A stretch of DNA of 12,835 bases, taken from an uncultured delta proteobacterium. Lineage in GTDB: Bacteria > Desulfobacterota > Syntrophobacteria > BM002. The stretch covers positions 1-12,835 of the forward strand of contig CAVQGX010000058.1 of assembly GCA_963712115.1 (NCBI GenBank), read 5' to 3'. This document shows, one piece after another, positions 6,711-12,835 of the stretch (position 1 is the first letter of the stretch; each line of letters starts with the position of its first letter). The position numbers and the translations under genes are program-made. The notes beneath the pieces were generated by a model. That model was given only the letters and a program-made list of their open reading frames with translations. It did no database searches and was not told the DNA's origin.

Positions 6711-7211
6711 ATGATCTTACGAAAAACTTCTTATGTTGTTGGTATTATCTTCGTCCTCTTCATGGCTGCTTGCACAAAAGGAATTTCCAAGCAAACGCGA
6801 TCGCAAGTCACTTACTCCGGTGGCTTTTCAGAGCTCCAAAGAAGTCCTGGCGATTACAAAGATGAGGTCGTCCTACTCGGCGGAAAAATCATAGATACCA
6901 AAGTAAATGCCACCTCATCAGAAATTATAGTTCTTCAGCTGCCTCTAGGTGGAGGTAACCGACCACAGGTTGGCGACCAATCCACGGGTCGTTTTTTGAT
7001 CCGGTCCAAACAACTTCTCGATCCCGCTTTGTATAGAAAAGGAATGGCTATTACCGTGGTGGGTAAGCTTGTTGGCAATGAGACTCGGACTATTGATGAA
7101 TTTAAATATAACTATCCCGTCATAGAACCTATTGAAGTCAAACTTTGGTCGGAAGACAAATATGGAGGTCCGAGCGTGCATTTTGGTTTTGGCGTCCTTA
7201 AGAGCTTTTAG
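6711..7211 (+). CDS. Slp-family outer-membrane lipoprotein
   Basis: Lipobox FMAA|C; LGGKII, VLQLPL, GRFL, LDPALY, ITVVG, YPVI...LW motifs. Start could be TTG 6696. Confidence 0.9.
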   Translation: MILRKTSYVVGIIFVLFMAACTKGISKQTRSQVTYSGGFSELQRSPGDYKDEVVLLGGKIIDTKVNATSSEIIVLQLPLGGGNRPQVGDQSTGRFLIRSKQLLDPALYRKGMAITVVGKLVGNETRTIDEFKYNYPVIEPIEVKLWSEDKYGGPSVHFGFGVLKSF

Positions 7212-7224
7212 ACGGATTCCTGGA

Positions 7225-7804
7225 ATGATATCTTTCAACATCAATTGCTGGTTTAAACTCATCTCACTTTTTTTCCTGCTTGTTACTGCGGGGGGTGTTA
7301 CCGGTTGTGCCCCTGTCTTATCTAAACAACTGAGAGATGAGGCTGAGCCCCAGATTCCCTTTCAAGAACTCCTGCAATCACCGGATACGTATAAGGGCCG
7401 AGTTGTAATACTGGGCGGCTATATTTTGGAGACTGCAAACGATCCGGATGGCTCACTTCTGACCATTTTACAGGCGCCACTGGACTCCCGAAATAAACCC
7501 AAGTCACCCGACCTGACCAAGGGGCGTTTTCTATTATTGACCAGGAAGTTTCTCGACCCTGAGATTTATAGCAAGGACCGCGCACTTACTGTTGGAGGCA
7601 AGGTTGCTGGCACTCGTCAAGGATCACTGGGCAATCGTAGCTATGTGTATCCGGTCATTGAGACCGAAGAAGTCTATCTCTGGCCCGAAAAATATAAATA
7701 CGTCAGGCCTTACTTACTTTTATGACCCGTGGTACGATCCCTGGTACGATCCCTGGTACCGTCCGTGGTATCCTTATCGCCACTACCATCGGCACCGTCA
7801 CTGA
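7225..7804 (+). CDS. Slp-family outer-membrane lipoprotein, frameshifted near the C-terminus (~7710-7719)
   Basis: Lipobox VTG|C; LGGYI, GRFL, FLDPEIY, LTVGG, YPVI..YLWP. The frame stops at 7725 but the aromatic/Pro tail (YFYDPWYDPWYDPWYRPWYPYRHYHRHRH) continues in the +1 frame to TGA 7804. Confidence 0.85.
7721..7768 (+). repeat. Four 12-bp coding tandem repeats (YDPW x3, YRPW)
   Basis: TATGACCCGTGG / TACGATCCCTGG / TACGATCCCTGG / TACCGTCCGTGG. Confidence 0.85.
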
Positions 7805-7938
7805 TGAGGATGGTAATAGAGTTCCCTGCGTGGAATCCGACTTCCCAAATCCCTAGAGCAATTTCTTGATAGATTTCGCAGATATCAAATGTAAGCCGGT
7901 GGGCTGTTTTAATCATTCAAATAAAAGCATAATCAAAA

Positions 7939-10464
7939 GTGAAATCACATAAGATCCACATAGTATCAGGAGAATGCTTATCTAAGCGGCATCCCTCAGC
8001 TGTCCAATCAGCCTGCGTACTAAGAAGTCCATTCAGCAGGGCGAGTGACTGCAAGCCTATGCTTGTTACCATTCTGGCAATCGCTGTTGGCCTGTTTATG
8101 ATCGCAACTGCGCCTATTCACACAACCGCTTCTTTAGCAGCCGAAGCCGAATCCTTCGACACGAGTCAACTTGGCCGGATCGATGAGCTTGTTCAGAGTG
8201 CCATCAGAGAGGGAATGTTGCCAGGGGCAGTTGTACTTGTGGGTCGACACGAGCAAATCCATTATCGGAAGGCTTTGGGTAATCGTGCTGTAATGCCATC
8301 GATCGAGCCTATGACGGTCGATACGGTTTTCGATCTCGGCTCGCTCACCAAGGTTGTGGCGACGACACCCAGTGTGATGCTCTTGGTCGAGCAGGGTCGA
8401 ATTCGCTTGAACGCTTTAGTTTCAGATTATATTCCGGATTTCGACCGTAACGGCAAAACGGATATAACAGTTCGTCATTTACTGACCCACATGTCGGGTC
8501 TAAGACCTGGACTCGATCTAGCTGACCCCTGGGAGGGATATGACAAAGCGATTTTGCTGGCAACGAATGAGGTGCCGGTGGCCAAACCGGGCGAGCGCAT
8601 TATCTATAGCGATGTCAACTTCTTGCTATTGGGAGAAATAGTCCGCCGTGTAAGCGGCATGTCACTGGACCAGTTTGCTTTTGTTCACCTCTATGGACCG
8701 CTCGGCATGCTTGATACAGGGTTCAACCCTCCAGTGGAACTGCGAGGCCGCATCGCTCCCACTACACGCTGCGAGGCGCATCTTATGCCTTGCCAAGAAC
8801 CAAACGGGGAAATTATCCGAGGGCTGGTCCACGATCCGACTGCCAGACGAATGGGTGGCGTGGCTGGGCACGCAGGCCTATTCAGCACGGCTGATGACCT
8901 TGCGGTTTTTTGCCAGATGTTACTCAGGGGTGGTGTCTATGGTAAAAAGAGAATTTTGTCGCCGCTGACCGTTAAGGCCATGACCACTCCGTGGACGCCA
9001 CCGGATGAGCCCGGCGTGCGCGGACTTGGTTGGGATTTGGACGTTGCGGAAGCAACTGACGGCGGCACAGTTCGGAATCTTCGTCCCTTCGGTCATACCG
9101 GTTTCACTGGGACCCTGCTTTGGCTTGATCCCGCATCTGGACTTTATGTGGTGTTTCTCTCGAATCGCCTTCATCCCGATGGCAATGGAGATGTGACAGA
9201 TCTTCGCGCTGAGGTAGTTACGATTGCCGTTTCTGCGCTAAGGAACAAGCCGGCTTCATCGCTCTGGTCCGAGGGAAACCACCCCTCCGACTTTCAAATA
9301 GGCAAGCCGTTGCAAGGAACTTTATCGGAGCGCCACCCATTGGTTCTCACCGGCATTGACGTATTGCAAGCTGAAGACTTCTCACGATTGCATGGCAAGA
9401 GGGTAGCCCTGCTCACTAACCAAACCGGACTCGCGCGAAATGGTTCCAGAACGATCGATCTGTTACATAAAGCCAGGAATGTGCAGCTTGTTTCCCTTTT
9501 TAGCCCGGAACATGGCATTCATGGAATACTCGAGGGGCCTGTGCCTTCGTCGCGTGATGACAACACCGGATTGCTAACCCATTCGCTTTATGACAAGTAC
9601 CGGCGTCCGACGGCAAAGATGCTTGAAGGTATCGATATTATAGTGGTTGATTTACAAGATATAGGCACGCGCTTCTACACCTATGTAACCACGATGGCAT
9701 ATGTGATGGAGGAGGCGGCCAAGCGGAATATATCCGTACTGGTTTTAGATCGCCCCAATCCTATCAATGGCCTTCAGATTGAAGGCCCCATGCTCGAGCG
9801 CTCCCGTACAGGATTCACAGGGTATTTTCCAATGCCGATTCGCCACGGCATGACCATAGGCGAGCTGGCGCTGCTTTTCAAGGGCGAAAATGGCATCGAC
9901 GTAGACCTTGACGTGGTAAAAATGAAAGGATGGCAACGAAAAGACTGGTTCGACCATACCGGCCTGCCCTGGGTGAACCCATCGCCTAATATTCGCAATC
10001 TGATCCAGGCCATTTTGTACCCGGGAATAGGGGCCATCGAGGAGACCAATATTTCGGTAGGCCGAGGAACTGACACCCCATTCGATCAGATCGGTGCTCC
10101 CTGGATCGATGGCGTCCGATTGGCTGCAGAACTGAATGCTCGAACGATACCAGGAGTTAGCTTTTATCCGGTGTCATTCGTGCCGACAACGAGCAAATAT
10201 GCTGTAGAAGCATGTCAGGGAGTGTTCCTGCTGGTCAACAACCGGCAGGCATTGCAGCCTGTCCGGCTTGGGTTGGAAATTGCCGCAACCCTTTATCGTC
10301 TTTACCCGGAGGAGTATCGCCTCAAGGCGGCTAAGAGTCTGCTAGGATCCGAAAAGGTTTTTGCTCGCATCCAGGTAGGAGAGGAGCCGGCACGCGTGGC
10401 GGAGAGCTGGCTTGTCGATGAAGCACGATGGCGTGAACTGCGGAAGGGCTATTTGCTTTACTAA
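7939..10464 (+). CDS. Exported serine hydrolase (beta-lactamase fold, AmiE-like) fused to DUF1343 (NamZ-like exo-beta-N-acetylmuramidase)
   Basis: N-domain: FDLGSLTK (SxxK), LLTHMSG, YSD, VHDP, GHAGLFS, FGHTGFTG. C-domain: TGID, LTNQTG, FSPEHG, DLQDIGTRFYTY, LDRPNP, RHGMTIGEL, PSPN, GRGT. The real start may be ATG 8059, which gives a signal-like hydrophobic N-terminus. Confidence 0.9.
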   Translation: MKSHKIHIVSGECLSKRHPSAVQSACVLRSPFSRASDCKPMLVTILAIAVGLFMIATAPIHTTASLAAEAESFDTSQLGRIDELVQSAIREGMLPGAVVLVGRHEQIHYRKALGNRAVMPSIEPMTVDTVFDLGSLTKVVATTPSVMLLVEQGRIRLNALVSDYIPDFDRNGKTDITVRHLLTHMSGLRPGLDLADPWEGYDKAILLATNEVPVAKPGERIIYSDVNFLLLGEIVRRVSGMSLDQFAFVHLYGPLGMLDTGFNPPVELRGRIAPTTRCEAHLMPCQEPNGEIIRGLVHDPTARRMGGVAGHAGLFSTADDLAVFCQMLLRGGVYGKKRILSPLTVKAMTTPWTPPDEPGVRGLGWDLDVAEATDGGTVRNLRPFGHTGFTGTLLWLDPASGLYVVFLSNRLHPDGNGDVTDLRAEVVTIAVSALRNKPASSLWSEGNHPSDFQIGKPLQGTLSERHPLVLTGIDVLQAEDFSRLHGKRVALLTNQTGLARNGSRTIDLLHKARNVQLVSLFSPEHGIHGILEGPVPSSRDDNTGLLTHSLYDKYRRPTAKMLEGIDIIVVDLQDIGTRFYTYVTTMAYVMEEAAKRNISVLVLDRPNPINGLQIEGPMLERSRTGFTGYFPMPIRHGMTIGELALLFKGENGIDVDLDVVKMKGWQRKDWFDHTGLPWVNPSPNIRNLIQAILYPGIGAIEETNISVGRGTDTPFDQIGAPWIDGVRLAAELNARTIPGVSFYPVSFVPTTSKYAVEACQGVFLLVNNRQALQPVRLGLEIAATLYRLYPEEYRLKAAKSLLGSEKVFARIQVGEEPARVAESWLVDEARWRELRKGYLLY

Positions 10465-10497
10465 AACTGAGCCAAGCCGGTGAGCTAAGTAAAATAC

Positions 10498-10941
10498 CTA
10501 ACGTTTATAGATATTAGTTCTGTCCACGAAGACCGGATCTTTTTGCAAATACCCCTTTTTGCGACCACGCTTGTCAAAGATATTGATCCTATCTTTGAAT
10601 AGGTAGTCTTGCTTCAAGTAGCCCTTTTTACGACCTTTTCGATCGTAGATGATCTTTGTATCTTTGAACAAGAAGTCCTGCTGTACATATCCTTTTTTAG
10701 CCCCATTTTTGTCATAGACATTCGATCTCTGCTTGAATAACCAGTCTTGCTCAAGATAGCCTTTCTTGCGACCATTCTGATTATGGAGATTAGTTCTATC
10801 CTTGAATAAGAAGTCTTGCTGCAAATAACCTTTACGAGCAGGATGTTTTGACTTATTAGAGTCTGCCCAAGATACATCTCTAGCGCCAATCGAAAATACT
10901 AAAAGTAATAAAATGGAAAACACCTTCATCTCTGAACTCAC
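10498..10941 (-). CDS. Secreted, highly basic protein made of five 23-aa repeats
   Basis: Signal peptide MKVFSILLLLVFSIGARDVSWA followed by repeats of consensus KGYLxQDxLFKDRxNIYDxxGRK (10501-10833). Confidence 0.85.
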   Translation of the reverse strand: MSSEMKVFSILLLLVFSIGARDVSWADSNKSKHPARKGYLQQDFLFKDRTNLHNQNGRKKGYLEQDWLFKQRSNVYDKNGAKKGYVQQDFLFKDTKIIYDRKGRKKGYLKQDYLFKDRINIFDKRGRKKGYLQKDPVFVDRTNIYKR

Positions 10942-11111
10942 TTCTCCAAACTATTTAGAGGTTCTTCGACTCCCGGGCTAAAACACTCTGTCAGGGAATA
11001 CTTCTTGTTACAGTCCCAGCAGTAAACCTCATCCTTGTCTGGAGACCATAAAAGGTGAGTGTGCCCACAGGGACGATGGCTAGGGTTTTTAGGTGGTACA
11101 GATTTTTTCAT
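10938..11111 (-). CDS. Small Cys/His-rich putative zinc-binding protein (57 aa), not in the ORF track
   Basis: GAGGG SD plus ATG 11111: MKKSVPPKNPSHRPCGHTHLLWSPDKDEVYCWDCNKKYSLTECFSPGVEEPLNSLEK*. CxH...CxxC; the TGA overlaps the next gene's GTG (GTGA). Confidence 0.6.
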   Translation of the reverse strand: MKKSVPPKNPSHRPCGHTHLLWSPDKDEVYCWDCNKKYSLTECFSPGVEEPLNSLEK

Positions 11112-11165
11112 AGCACCCTCAATTACACCTGGGTAGAGTGGTCGGGATTTTTAATGGTTAAGTTA

Positions 11166-11181
11166 GTACTAGATATGGTAG
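11166..11181. promoter_or_regulatory. NrdR-box-like palindrome 1
   Basis: GTACTAGATATGGTAG fits the core C-x-A-x-AT-x-T-x-G of the NrdR box consensus acaCwAtATaTwGtg. Confidence 0.4.
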
Positions 11182-11369
11182 CTGGTGCTGAAAAGCGAAA
11201 GTGTGGAGTATGTAATCCACATTCCAGGTGGTCCAGTTTGGACTTCGGTTGAACACACTTTACACTGAGCAATGGAATTTATACAGGTATGATTAGCATA
11301 TCTTAAACTTTGACGCATGGTCAGGAGTAAACATAGCAGGGATGTAAACTTCCCCACAAAATGGATATG

Positions 11370-11385
11370 GCACCATATGTAGTAT
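11370..11385. promoter_or_regulatory. NrdR-box-like palindrome 2
   Basis: GCACCATATGTAGTAT; its reverse complement contains TACTACATATGGT, 12/13 identical to TACTAGATATGGT in site 1. Confidence 0.4.
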
Positions 11386-11427
11386 ACAAATATTAGCGTA
11401 CTAGGTTGATAGGAAGTTGTTATTTGA

Positions 11428-12776
11428 GGTTCTTCTCCCAATTAGTTGTATATAAATAGGTAAAAGTGGGCTGGTTCATCAAAACAGAATGGACATCCGG
11501 TAACTCCTAGAAGTATATGGTTTAACGACCAAGACAAACCCTATACAAAGGAGGCCTGCGATGTCCTTGCCCACTATAGCAGCTTATTTCCCTTTTCGTC
11601 GAATCAAAATTGTCAATCAGGCAGTTACACCAGAGGCTAGCGAAGCTCACATCCAGGTACAGCCGGACAAGCGCTTTCAGCCCATCTGCCACGGATGCGG
11701 CCAGAGGGCTTGCGGTGTTCACAGCTGGAGCCGGCGCAAAGTTCGGGATCTGCACCTTGCCAGTGCCCGGCTGTGGCTCAGCTGTCAGTATCGCAAGGTG
11801 TTTTGTGCTCACTGTCAAGGCATCCATATCGAGGATTTAGAGCTGTTTCACCCTTATCTTCGGATGACAACTCGATTGGCCCTTTATGTTTATCAGCTGT
11901 GCCAGTTTATGACCGTATCCGAGGTGGCTCGACACCTAGGCCTGAATTGGAAAACGGTTAAAGCCATCGACAAGTTTTGTTTGGAACGCGATTATGGTCA
12001 ACTCGACTACCAGGGCCTGCACATTTTAGCTGTGGACGAAATCTCCATCCGAAAAGGTCAGCGCTACTTGACCATTGTATTGGACTATCTCAGTGGCCGC
12101 GTGGTCTTTGTCGGCAAAGAGCGCAAGGCCAAAACTCTGGAGAGGTTTTTCAATAAGTTGAATGGCAAGCAGCGTAAAGCCATTGAGGCAATTGTCATGG
12201 ATATGTGGGACCCGTATATCAAAGCCGTTAAAAAAAACTGCCTCAGGCTAAAATCGTCTTCGATCTGTTCCACGTCGTGGCCAATTTTAATCTGATCATA
12301 GATAAGGTCAGAAACAGCGAATATCGCAAGGCCTCCGAACAGGACAAGGCTGTCTACAAAGGTGCAAGGTACCTGCTGCTCAAAAACCGCAAAAACGTGC
12401 GACGCAGAACTCATCGACAACAACTCAAAGAGCTGCTGGAGTTAAACCAAGTAATCAATACGGTGATGATTCTTAAGGAAAAGCTCAAACACATATGGAC
12501 CTATCGATCAAAGACATGGGCTAGCAAGGCTATCGATCACTGGTGCGAACTGGCCCGGTCCTTAAATCACCCATCGGTGACAGGCTTTGCCCGGATGTTA
12601 GAGCGATATCGATACGGCATCCTCAATCACTGTGATTATCCTATTCACACCGGAAAGCTGGAAGGGGTGAATAACAAAATCAAAGTCATCAAACGTAAAG
12701 CCTACGGATTTCATGACTTGCGCTACTTTACGCTGAAAATCTATCAAGCTTTCTTCAACTAATTGGGAGAAGAACC
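11428..12776 (+). mobile_element. Complete ISL3-family insertion sequence (1349 bp)
   Basis: Perfect 21-bp terminal inverted repeats GGTTCTTCTCCCAATTAGTTG (11428-11448 and 12756-12776) and an 8-bp AT-rich target duplication TTATTTGA (11420-11427 and 12777-12784). Confidence 0.96.
11561..12762 (+). CDS. ISL3-family transposase, split by a -1 frameshift at A8 (12230-12237); 400 aa when joined
   Basis: Zinc finger CHGC...CAHC, HTH, VDEIS, MDMWDPYIKAV. The -1 frame restores KKKLPQAKIVFDLFHV and continues to EGVNNKIKVIKRKAYGF. GGAGG SD. Confidence 0.93.
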
Positions 12777-12809
12777 TTATTTGAACACCAAAGGGAGAGC
12801 AATAAGGAA

Positions 12810-12835
12810 ATGTAGATCATAGGCATCGACCTCCA
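12810..12835 (+). pseudogene. Possible 5' stub of an RNase H-fold gene (IS110-type transposase?) with a stop at codon 2
   Basis: ATG TAG ATC ATA GGC ATC GAC CTC CA = M*IIGIDL(H/Q), downstream of a purine-rich SD-like stretch. Only 8 codons are visible. Confidence 0.25.

Noticed and set aside
7721-7768. Short direct repeats as a possible CRISPR array
   Set aside because: 12-bp contiguous coding repeats with no spacers; no cas genes or repeat-spacer pattern seen in the window.
4258-10076. Many short antisense or alternate-frame ORFs inside recD2, the slp genes and the hydrolase fusion
   Set aside because: Shadow ORFs of well-supported genes, without motifs. The exception, 7592..7804, is explained as the frameshifted Slp tail.
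11055-11441. Track ORFs 11055..11252 (+) and 11169..11441 (-)
   Set aside because: The first overlaps the better-supported 57-aa gene, the second starts inside the IS inverted repeat; the region looks like AT-rich regulatory DNA.
12813-12815. TAG at codon 2 as pyrrolysine or stop-codon reassignment
   Set aside because: TAG serves as a normal stop for genes in this window (7209-7211 and 10498-10500); a nonsense mutation, error or non-coding sequence is simpler.

Overview
Bacterial chromosomal window, most likely Desulfobacterota/deltaproteobacterial (inferred from protein style; not tested). The left 4 kb is a minus-strand regulatory cluster: an orphan rpoN (sigma-54) lacking its usual lptB/hpf/ptsN neighbours and preceded by its own -24/-12 sigma-54 promoter, a stand-alone receiver protein, a short type IV prepilin-like ORF, a candidate ~80-nt two-hairpin sRNA with a near-consensus sigma-54 promoter, a 53-aa zinc-ribbon ORF and an NrdR zinc-ribbon protein that appears to have lost its ATP-cone. 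Duplicated upstream DNA and a recurring ACAAAATGCT motif link several of these genes. The rest holds recD2, a TraB/GumN remnant, two tandem Slp lipoproteins (the second frameshifted at a CTTA repeat), a serine-hydrolase/DUF1343 (AmiE-NamZ-like) fusion, a secreted basic 5x23-aa repeat protein coupled to an unannotated 57-aa Cys/His protein under two NrdR-box-like sites, and a complete 1349-bp ISL3 element (21-bp IRs, 8-bp TSD, transposase split at an A8 run). All calls were made by eye; no searches or folding programs were run.
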